64,000 bases of DNA from Planctomycetaceae bacterium (GTDB lineage Bacteria; Planctomycetota; Planctomycetia; Planctomycetales; Planctomycetaceae). A program made the translations under genes and the position numbers. Below are positions 56,500 through 64,000 of the stretch, one piece after another (position 1 is the first letter of the stretch; each line of letters begins with the position of its first letter). The stretch spans positions 1,061-65,060 of the forward strand of contig JBJXGP010000363.1 in NCBI GenBank assembly GCA_046160425.1, written 5' to 3'. Under the pieces are notes generated by a model. The model saw only the letters and a program-made list of their open reading frames with translations, did not search any database and was not told the DNA's origin.

Positions 56500-58482
56500 A
56501 TGGACTTTTTTCGCAGCCAGGACGTTGCGCGACGAAATACCAGTCTGCTGGTCTTCTATTTCATACTCGCGGTGGCGATGATTGTCCTCGCCCTTTACGC
56601 CTTGCTGCTCTTCACCTACGGCAAGATGATGGAACAGAGCGATCCCGCGGCGGCGGTCTCGCTGTGGGTGCCCGAACTGTTTCTCGGTGTCTCCGTCGGC
56701 ACGCTGACGATTATACTGCTCGGCAGTTTGTACAAGACCAGCCAGCTTCGCGGGGGAGGGCACGTCGTCGCCGAAGAACTGGGAGGGCGTCTGCTCGAAG
56801 GCGAAACCCGCGACTTGCGCGAGCGGATGCTGCTCAACATCGTCGAAGAAATGTCGATCGCTTCGGGAACGCCGGTCCCGCCGGTCTATCTGCTCGATGA
56901 CGAAGACGGCATCAACGCCTTCGCCGCCGGTTTTACACCTGAAACCGCCGTCATCGGCGTAACCCGCGGCTGCCTCGACCGTCTCAAACGCGATGAATTG
57001 CAAGGGGTCATTGCCCACGAATTCAGCCATATTCTCAACGGAGACATGCGGCTGAACATCCGGCTGATCGGCATCGTGCATGGAATATTGCTGATCGCGC
57101 TCGTCGGCCGGATCATTCTGCGATCGGTCGGCAACTCCAGTACCCGCCGGTCTACGAGCAGCAGCAAGAAGGGGAAAGACGGCAGCGGCGGGTTTATCAT
57201 CCTCGCCATTGGATTGATGGCGATCGGATACATCGGGGTCTTCTTCGGCAAATTGATCAAAAGTGCGGTCTCGCGGCAGCGCGAATTTCTCGCCGATTCT
57301 TCCGCCGTTCAGTTCACTCGCAATCCGGGAGGGATCGCCTCGGCCCTGATGAACATCGGCGGGTTCGCCACGGGATCGAAGATCGCCAATCCGCGAGCCG
57401 AAGAAGCCAGCCACATGTTTTTCAGCAACGGATTGAGGGCTTCCTTTCTGCAATTGATGTCGACGCATCCACCCCTCGTCGAACGAATTCGCCGCATCGA
57501 CTCTTCCTTCAACGGGAAATTCCCGAAGTCCCACGTGTTGACCGATGAAGAAGCCGTTGCGGAAACCGAATCGCTGGCTGTCGTGTCGCAAATGAACTCG
57601 CAGGCATCAGCCGAAATCAGGCCGCGCAAACCGAAGGCGGAATCCCGATTCGCGTTCCGGCCCGAATCGTCGGTCGAAGAGGTTGGAAAGCCGGAACTGA
57701 AACACTTGCAGTTTGCCACCTCCTTCCTGCACGAATTGCCCGATACCTTGAGATCGGCAGTGCATCATCCACTGGGAGCGCAAGCCACGTTGTACGCATT
57801 GATGTTGTCGAGCGACGAAGAAACGCGGCAGTCGCAATTGAACGGGCTTGCCGGCCGCACCGATGAGGTCGCCTTCGATTTGACGAAACGGCTGGCGACG
57901 TTCGTCGACCGCTTGCCGGTCGAATATCGCATCCCGGTCGTAGAACTTTCATTGTCGGCGCTGCATCGGCTTTCGGAGGCGCAGGGTAAGTCATTCCACG
58001 AAAATCTGAGTTATCTCGCGCAGGCCGATGGCCAAATCACGCTCTTCGAGATGGGATTATTGCGAATCGTCATCAAATCGTTGTTCGCGGAAGATCGAAC
58101 CGGAATGCCCAAATCTCGCCGCACGTTAACCAAATCGGCGGTTCAGTCGGAGGCGGTTGCCTTGCTCTCCGCGTTAGCCCGCATCGGCCACGATGAGGAT
58201 GCCGCCGTCGCCCACGCGTATTCCGCCGGGATGCAGCGATTGCCGTTTCAACCGGTCCCCGGACTTCTTCCGGCCAAAGACTGCGGATTGCCCCGAATTT
58301 CCAAGTCACTCGACTTGCTGTCGCTGACCCCCCCTCAAGTCAAAAAACAGATTCTGCAAGCTGCTGCGGAGACGATCGGTGCCGACGGGCAAATCACGAC
58401 CCGCGAAGCCGAACTGCTGCGGATCACGGCCCACTCGCTGGGATGCCCGATGCCCCCGCTGATCGTCGGGCAAACCGGCTAA
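56500..58482 (+). CDS. M48-family zinc metallopeptidase (HtpX-like) with long C-terminal extension (possibly TerB-like)
   Basis: TM helices, then VIAHEFSHILNGD (HExxH)...REFLADSSAVQFT... The C-terminal ~300 aa ends in ...GADGQITTREAELLRITAHSLG, which is reminiscent of TerB-type repeats. Confidence 0.8.
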   Translation: MDFFRSQDVARRNTSLLVFYFILAVAMIVLALYALLLFTYGKMMEQSDPAAAVSLWVPELFLGVSVGTLTIILLGSLYKTSQLRGGGHVVAEELGGRLLEGETRDLRERMLLNIVEEMSIASGTPVPPVYLLDDEDGINAFAAGFTPETAVIGVTRGCLDRLKRDELQGVIAHEFSHILNGDMRLNIRLIGIVHGILLIALVGRIILRSVGNSSTRRSTSSSKKGKDGSGGFIILAIGLMAIGYIGVFFGKLIKSAVSRQREFLADSSAVQFTRNPGGIASALMNIGGFATGSKIANPRAEEASHMFFSNGLRASFLQLMSTHPPLVERIRRIDSSFNGKFPKSHVLTDEEAVAETESLAVVSQMNSQASAEIRPRKPKAESRFAFRPESSVEEVGKPELKHLQFATSFLHELPDTLRSAVHHPLGAQATLYALMLSSDEETRQSQLNGLAGRTDEVAFDLTKRLATFVDRLPVEYRIPVVELSLSALHRLSEAQGKSFHENLSYLAQADGQITLFEMGLLRIVIKSLFAEDRTGMPKSRRTLTKSAVQSEAVALLSALARIGHDEDAAVAHAYSAGMQRLPFQPVPGLLPAKDCGLPRISKSLDLLSLTPPQVKKQILQAAAETIGADGQITTREAELLRITAHSLGCPMPPLIVGQTG

Positions 58483-58568
58483 GCCGACGAAGTTTCGCTT
58501 CTGGAATTTGCCTCCATGCGATACAATTCTCATCCATTCGCGATTCCCCCTTCATCAGAACAGTTCTC

Positions 58569-59681
58569 ATGCTCGACAGCGCAACGATATTTTTTCTGGG
58601 TTGTCTGATCCCTGCATTCGTGATCTCCTTTGGGGCGACCGCCTGGATGAGGAAGCTTGCACCGCGGCTGGGATTGATCGATCGACCCGCCGCTCGAAAA
58701 GTTCATACGACGCCAACGCCGCTCGGTGGCGGAATCGGTATCTGGCTGGGGGTCGTCCTGCCGCTGATCGGCGTTCAACTCCTCGCCTATTTGTATCAGA
58801 AGGGAACTCTCGCGGGCCTGCGCCTTCCTCAGGAATTGACCGTCCACTTCGACGGCATCGGTTTTCGCGGCCCGCAGCTCTGGGCGATCCTCGCGGGAGG
58901 GACCATTCTGTCGATCATGGGATTGCTCGACGACCTCAAGAATCTGCGCTGGTGGCCGCGGCTGATCATGCAAATTCTGGTCGCGACCGGGCTGGTCATG
59001 TCAGGCGTCAAGGTCACGTTACTCTTGAACTATCCCTGGATCGGAAATGTCGTCACGATTCTCTGGCTGCTGGTGCTGATGAACTCGTTTAATTTTCTCG
59101 ACAACATGGATGGCCTGTCTTCGGGAATCGCGCTCATCGCCGCACTGGGGTTTGTGATCGTCATGCTGACGGGTACCAGCGAACCGCGCTGGCTCGTCGG
59201 CGGAGTGCTCTTGATCCTCGCCGGATCGATCGCCGGGTTCCTGTGCCACAACTGGCCTCCCGCTCGAATTTTCATGGGAGACACCGGCAGTCATTTCATC
59301 GGACTGATGCTGGCGTCGATGACCGTGCTCGGCACGTTTTACGAGTATAAGCCGCAAACGGAACACCATATTCTGGCGCCGCTGTGCATTCTGGCGATTC
59401 CGTTGTATGACTTTTGTTCGGTCATCGTCATACGATTATCTCAAGGCCGCAGTCCGTTTCATGCCGACAAGAGTCATTTCTCACATCGGCTCGTCGAACT
59501 GGGTCTCAAGCCGAAATACGCCGTGCTGACAATCTATCTGGCGACGATGACGACGGGACTGGCCGGGCTCTTGTTGTATCGGGTCCCCGATTGGCCGTCG
59601 GCGTTGTTATTGATGGCCTTGGTGACGTGCGTGCTGGCGATCATCGCCATTCTGGAGACCGTCGGTCGTCACCGCTCCTGA
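58569..59681 (+). CDS. MraY/WecA-family polyprenyl-phosphate sugar-1-phosphate transferase (glycosyltransferase family 4)
   Basis: ...LIDRPAARKVHTTPTPLGGG...NSFNFLDNMDGLSSG...IFMGDTGSHFIG... Start placed at ATG 58569 (MLDSATIFF). Confidence 0.85.
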   Translation: MLDSATIFFLGCLIPAFVISFGATAWMRKLAPRLGLIDRPAARKVHTTPTPLGGGIGIWLGVVLPLIGVQLLAYLYQKGTLAGLRLPQELTVHFDGIGFRGPQLWAILAGGTILSIMGLLDDLKNLRWWPRLIMQILVATGLVMSGVKVTLLLNYPWIGNVVTILWLLVLMNSFNFLDNMDGLSSGIALIAALGFVIVMLTGTSEPRWLVGGVLLILAGSIAGFLCHNWPPARIFMGDTGSHFIGLMLASMTVLGTFYEYKPQTEHHILAPLCILAIPLYDFCSVIVIRLSQGRSPFHADKSHFSHRLVELGLKPKYAVLTIYLATMTTGLAGLLLYRVPDWPSALLLMALVTCVLAIIAILETVGRHRS

Positions 59682-59801
59682 GTGCGGGATGTCGGTAGAT
59701 GAAATCCCAGGAAAATGGCCTGTTACGCCCTGCCCGGAATCTATAAGATCCCACGAATTCGAGCCTTCCGACGTATGAATTCGTGAGGCCCGTTGTCGGT
59801 T

Positions 59802-59852
59802 CTTGTTCCCAAGCTCCGCTTGGGAACACAAGTCTTCGAAGCTCCGCTTCAC
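59802..59852 (-). repeat. solo, inverted copy of double-hairpin repeat unit B
   Basis: CTTGTTCCCAAGCTCCGCTTGGGAACACAAGTCTTCGAAGCTCCGCTTCACC is the reverse complement of the unit seen at 15682, 16834 and 52609. Confidence 0.75.
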
Positions 59853-59958
59853 CCAATGACTATCGACATTCTACGACATGGGCGGAAATTCCTTCTTGGA
59901 TCTGTATTCTCGCAGTGGGTTGAGGGGAGTCCCCTCATTAGCAAATAGATAACAGGAT

Positions 59959-62337
59959 ATGACTCTTCGGAAACCCCGCGCTGCACAATCGCGTTCGTCC
60001 CCAGTCCGGTCGCATTCGTCCGGTTCGACGGGAAACATGCATCACGATTCAAGCGGAACCTCGTTCTTGCTGCGGGACGGGATCGTCGTCTGCGGCGTCG
60101 CCACTTGGTTCGCGCGCTGGCTCCTCCCGGCGGAATCGGCGACGTCCGGCGATACGTTGTGGATCGTCGCCATCTGGTCGTTGCTCTGGTTCATCCATTG
60201 GTATCGGCAATTTCGCGAGGGAAACCCACCGAGCAGGCTATCACTGTGGGAGATCGGAATGTGGCTGATCGTGGTCAGCCAATGTGCCGCGGCGGGCGCC
60301 CTGTTGATGGAAGGTGGACAACGACGAGCGGCGATCAACTCCTGCTGGGAATGGATCGGCGTCGGTATCTCCACTTCATTGATGTTGTCCTGGCTGAAAT
60401 CCCGTCGCGATCGGCGACATTTTTTCTCGATCATATTGACGTTTTTCACGGTCCTCGCCGGACTCGGTATCTGGCAGCACTTTATCTGGTATCCCGCCAC
60501 GGCGTCGGAGTACAAAACGCTGCTCGATGAATACGATGAGCTGCGATCGGGCACAACCGGCGATCGAAGTCATCGCATTCATCGCCTTGAGCAAATCGAA
60601 AGGCAACTCTCGCAGGAAGGCATCCCCAGCGAGCGGCAGGCGCGGATGATCTTCGAGCAACGCCTGTTCGCCAGCACCGAGCCGATCGGCTTTTTTGCGC
60701 TGGCAAATTCGTTTTCAGGACTGCTGGCAGTCGGCACGGTCATGGGAATTCTGGGCTGGTATTGGCACAAGCGGGCGCAAACGACGACGGATGACAAATC
60801 GCATTCCCCGAGAAGTCTTGTCTTCATTTCAACATCGCTTGCCATCATCTCCTATTGCCTGTTGCTGACGAAAAGCCGAACCGCCTGGGGCGGAACAACG
60901 GTCTCGCTCATTATCGGATTATTCGTCGCCACGCGGTCGTTTCGCCTGTCGTGGTCGGGGGGAATGAAGATTGTTGTGGTCGTCATCGTCGCCATCATGA
61001 TCATCGGGGGAATCATGACGATGACCGGCGGACTTGACCGGCAAGTCTTGTCCGAAGCTCCCAAGTCGTTACGTTACCGTCTGGAATTCTGGACCGGAAC
61101 CTGGCAGGTGATCCGCGAGCATCCGTGGCTGGGTGTCGGTCCCGGAAATTTTCGCCAACACTATTTACAGCATAAGCTGGTTGAATCGAGCGAAGAGATC
61201 GCCGATCCGCACCAGATGCTGCTCGATCTGTGGGTCCACGGCGGAATCGTCTCGCTCCTCGGCGTCGGCCTGATGTTATGGACCGCCGGCCGGTCGCTGC
61301 TTGCGAACCGATTGACCAACGTGCCTGGTACGCCCTCGCTATCGTCGCGCGATGCCGATGATCCAAGCCGGGCCGCATGGATCTGGGGAGCGGTCGGTTG
61401 TTTTCTCTTGGTGCTCGGCATGCAAATCGTCACGGGCGAGATGCTCGATGTCCGAATTCTCATTTGCGGCGTCGGTTTCGCCTGTTTGCTTCCCTTCGGT
61501 CTCAAGGTTTTCCCGTCGCTGTTATCGAGCGAAGGGATCTGGGGGATGGCAGGACTGACTATGTTCGTTCACCTGCAAGGGGCAGGGGGGATCTCGATGC
61601 CCGCTCTGACTCAGCTTCTGTTTCTGCTGCCGGCACTTTCGTTCGCGTCCGGACCGGACCACATTTCATCCGTCGAACAGAGCGATCAGGGGTCCGCCTC
61701 GCAGCGATCGGCGTTAACGTTATCGAAAGTCGCACTGGCGGTGATCATTTTTGCGGGACTGATGATCACCGCCTTCCAGCCCGTGCGGAATTGCCGGCGA
61801 TTTCTGGCAGAGGGGGACTATGTGCTCTATTCGGGTAATTCTCCGCAAATCGCGGCGGCGTATTACCGGCAAGCGGCTGAAGCCGACCCCTGGAACCCGG
61901 AGCCGTACCATCGTTTGGCCAATCTTTCCTGGACGTTATGGGAATCCCGATCGGGAGAAAACGACCCCGACTTCGAACAGGGTATAGAAGCCCAGAGCCA
62001 GGCAAATGAACGCGATCCTCACAACCACAGGGGATACCGCATCCTGGGGGAATGGCACATGAAACGAAATCGGCGTAGCTCATCGCCTGTCGACGCTCAG
62101 GCCGCCGTTGTCGCATATTCACGGGCCGTCGAATTTTATCCGACCCATGCCCTCCTTCAATGGGAACTGGCGACCGCCTGTCAAGCTGCGGGTTTGGTGG
62201 CCGACGCCCGACGCGCAGCAGAGCGGGCCTTGGAAATCGACGATATCAATCGACGATACAATCATCTCGACAAATTCCTGCCGGCGGAACAGATCAAAGA
62301 ACTCCGCCAATTGCTTGGCTCCGCAATGAAACCTTGA
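59959..62337 (+). CDS. O-antigen ligase (Wzy_C) family membrane protein with C-terminal TPR domain
   Basis: More than 10 TM segments, ...LLLTKSRTAWGG... (a typical O-antigen ligase loop), and C-terminal TPR-like units (AAAYYRQAAEADPWNPEPYHRLANL...). Confidence 0.75.
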   Translation: MTLRKPRAAQSRSSPVRSHSSGSTGNMHHDSSGTSFLLRDGIVVCGVATWFARWLLPAESATSGDTLWIVAIWSLLWFIHWYRQFREGNPPSRLSLWEIGMWLIVVSQCAAAGALLMEGGQRRAAINSCWEWIGVGISTSLMLSWLKSRRDRRHFFSIILTFFTVLAGLGIWQHFIWYPATASEYKTLLDEYDELRSGTTGDRSHRIHRLEQIERQLSQEGIPSERQARMIFEQRLFASTEPIGFFALANSFSGLLAVGTVMGILGWYWHKRAQTTTDDKSHSPRSLVFISTSLAIISYCLLLTKSRTAWGGTTVSLIIGLFVATRSFRLSWSGGMKIVVVVIVAIMIIGGIMTMTGGLDRQVLSEAPKSLRYRLEFWTGTWQVIREHPWLGVGPGNFRQHYLQHKLVESSEEIADPHQMLLDLWVHGGIVSLLGVGLMLWTAGRSLLANRLTNVPGTPSLSSRDADDPSRAAWIWGAVGCFLLVLGMQIVTGEMLDVRILICGVGFACLLPFGLKVFPSLLSSEGIWGMAGLTMFVHLQGAGGISMPALTQLLFLLPALSFASGPDHISSVEQSDQGSASQRSALTLSKVALAVIIFAGLMITAFQPVRNCRRFLAEGDYVLYSGNSPQIAAAYYRQAAEADPWNPEPYHRLANLSWTLWESRSGENDPDFEQGIEAQSQANERDPHNHRGYRILGEWHMKRNRRSSSPVDAQAAVVAYSRAVEFYPTHALLQWELATACQAAGLVADARRAAERALEIDDINRRYNHLDKFLPAEQIKELRQLLGSAMKP

Positions 62338-62459
62338 AGCAATTTCATGCAAGAATTTCTCTGTTGATAAATATGGCATTCGGCTGGATAATAGGAAAGT
62401 TTGAAGTGATCTTTCGTTAGATTCATTTTTCCGATCACCGTGAAGTTGGAGAGCTTGAA

Positions 62460-63761
62460 ATGCGTTTTCTTTCAGTACTGCTAGGCGTCGTCTGCTCGAT
62501 TGTGGCACTTTCATTCACCGTTTGGGTCGGTCGCTATGCACAAGTCGGCGAAAAGCCGGCCGACGATAAGCAGGTCGTCGTCGCACCGCCTCAACCTCCC
62601 AATCATGCCGCGGAAAAATCGGACGGTCAATCAAAGGATCCGGACCACGATCACTCGCACGACGGCAAAGAGGGCGACGGCCATGACCACGATAAAGACG
62701 AAGACAAGGTCAAACCCAAGGAAGAACCCGCCCCTGACATTTCCGCATCCGGGCCGCATCCTAAAGCGGTGGTCGATCAAACCACCTATAACTTCGGCGT
62801 AATGGAAACTAAAACGACGGGCGAACACGTCTTCATCGTTCGCAATGAAGGGGAAGCTCCGCTCAGTCTGCGCCGCGGGACAAGCACCTGCATGTGTACG
62901 CGATTCGATATTCTGAAGAAGGAAGTCCTCCCCGGAGAATCCGCCGAAATCAAAGTCGACTGGAAACCCGCAACGGAAAATAAAGTGTTCGAGCAATCTC
63001 TGGTCCTGAAAACGAACGATCCGAAACAAACGGAGATCCGCTTGAGCGTCACCGGCAGCGTCGAAACCCGTCTGGTCATGTCCCCCGTCAGCCCCTGGAC
63101 CGTCACCTATCATGGCAAGGAGCCGCACACCGTTTATGGGAATCTGTTATCAAAACTGTTAAAGGAAGTGGAAATCATCGGTGTGGATGTCGAACATCCC
63201 GAATTGATGAAAGTGAACCTGACGCCGCTCTCTCCGGACGACGAATTGATCAAGGATAAAGGCAACCTGTGCGGCTATAAAATCGAAGTGATTCTCAGTC
63301 CTGAAATCCCGGCGGGGCCGATCAATGAACGTGCAACGATTCGTACTTCGGTTTCCGGACACGAACAAATTACCATCGAACTGACCGGAAATCGCACCGG
63401 GCCGATTCGCATAATTCCTACCTTCGGTGTGCGCTGGAATCAAGAGAAGAGTTTCATCATCCTGGGTCAATTCCCGAGCACGGACGGGAAAAAAGCAATC
63501 CTCACGATGATCGTCGGTGAATTGGATGAGGAATTCACGATGAGTGATATTGAAATTTCGCCGACAACGATGAAATTTTCGATTGAAAAAGACACCAAAC
63601 CCGCAGCGGCCGGCCATCAGCGGTTCATATTGACATTTGAGGTTCCCGCGAACGGCCCGATTCAATCGCGCACGCGAGAAAACCCGGCGACGGTCAAGGT
63701 TCGCACGAATCACCCCCGATATCCTGAGATGACCTTCAAGCTCGAATACATTGCCCTTTAA
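62460..63761 (+). CDS. DUF1573 domain protein with His/Asp-rich linker
   Basis: Signal/anchor, then DPDHDHSHDGKEGDGHDHDKDEDK, then YNFGVMETKTTGEHVFIVRNEGEAPLSL (DUF1573 core). Confidence 0.75.
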   Translation: MRFLSVLLGVVCSIVALSFTVWVGRYAQVGEKPADDKQVVVAPPQPPNHAAEKSDGQSKDPDHDHSHDGKEGDGHDHDKDEDKVKPKEEPAPDISASGPHPKAVVDQTTYNFGVMETKTTGEHVFIVRNEGEAPLSLRRGTSTCMCTRFDILKKEVLPGESAEIKVDWKPATENKVFEQSLVLKTNDPKQTEIRLSVTGSVETRLVMSPVSPWTVTYHGKEPHTVYGNLLSKLLKEVEIIGVDVEHPELMKVNLTPLSPDDELIKDKGNLCGYKIEVILSPEIPAGPINERATIRTSVSGHEQITIELTGNRTGPIRIIPTFGVRWNQEKSFIILGQFPSTDGKKAILTMIVGELDEEFTMSDIEISPTTMKFSIEKDTKPAAAGHQRFILTFEVPANGPIQSRTRENPATVKVRTNHPRYPEMTFKLEYIAL

Positions 63762-63892
63762 CGAATTCGCGAGAAATTCCCCGTGTCAATCTGTCAGGAT
63801 TCCCAAGTCAGTCGCACTTGAGACTCAAGACTTTCTACAACGTGACCGCAGACGGATTATCGACTCACGCATATCCACAGGAGGGATAGAAT

Positions 63893-64000
63893 ATGCATTA
63901 TTGTGGTCGTTCGACCCTGTTTTTTCTCGCGCTGAATGGCGTGATGTTGCTCGTCGTGGGATGTGGTTCAGAGACGAACGATAAGACCAATCCGCCTTCG
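63893..64000 (+). CDS. putative lipoprotein, N-terminal 36 codons only (runs off the right edge)
   Basis: MHYCGRSTLFFLALNGVMLLVVGCGSETNDKTNPPS has a signal peptide with an LVVGC lipobox. Confidence 0.5.
   Translation, partial: MHYCGRSTLFFLALNGVMLLVVGCGSETNDKTNPPS

Noticed and set aside
58443-58568. N-terminal extension of the GT4 transferase ORF overlapping the end of the M48 gene
   Set aside because: The extension is Arg/Ser-rich and overlaps the M48 coding sequence. The hydrophobic MLDSATIFFLG start at 58569 fits MraY/WecA-family N-termini better.

Overview
This is a high-GC bacterial chromosomal segment. A few hand-counted lines give roughly 55-60% GC. The gene content suggests Planctomycetota: three DUF1501 paralogues, DUF1573, DUF1802, a PQQ-like propeller, PD40 repeats and large TPR proteins. 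That assignment is an inference, not a database result.

Most of the window is ordinary housekeeping:
- asnB, a UbiD-family decarboxylase, a nitrilase-superfamily enzyme, a THUMP RNA methyltransferase and a NUDIX hydrolase.
- A heptose-like sugar cluster: HAD, a deoxyhypusine-synthase-like unknown, a PfkB/RfaE-like kinase and a GmhA-like SIS isomerase.
- hisD and ltaE.
- rpmF-plsX-fabD-(zinc-ribbon membrane protein)-acpP-fabF.
- nusA-infB-rbfA, YebC-ruvB, a LemA/M48 pair, and an envelope-glycan set (MraY/WecA-like GT4, O-antigen ligase-TPR, DUF1573).

I saw no rRNA, tRNA, CRISPR array, transposase or integrase.

The only clearly accessory stretch is a ~3.1 kb low-GC islet at about 27.5-30.6 kb, between two convergent DUF1501 genes. 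It contains:
- A DUF433/DUF5615 pair and an orphan HicB.
- A diverged 132-bp duplicate of the 3-prime end of the neighbouring DUF1501 gene.
- A probably frameshifted antitoxin-like gene.
- A 535-aa orphan protein. Its N-terminus carries a DUF4365/Mrr-like PD-(D/E)xK signature and the remaining ~400 aa are unrecognisable to me. This is my best candidate for an undescribed defence-type function.

Other points worth a second look:
- A beta-ketoacyl-synthase paralogue with the catalytic Cys replaced by Glu and the second His by Asn.
- A GntP-type permease split by a frameshift at a G6 run.
- Several families of dispersed intergenic hairpin repeats, including a ~100-bp composite element that brackets one gene.
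- A 1.25 kb ORF-poor region where rimP would be expected upstream of nusA.

All start codons were chosen by eye from the sequence and the ORF track. Family names come from motif recognition, not from searches.
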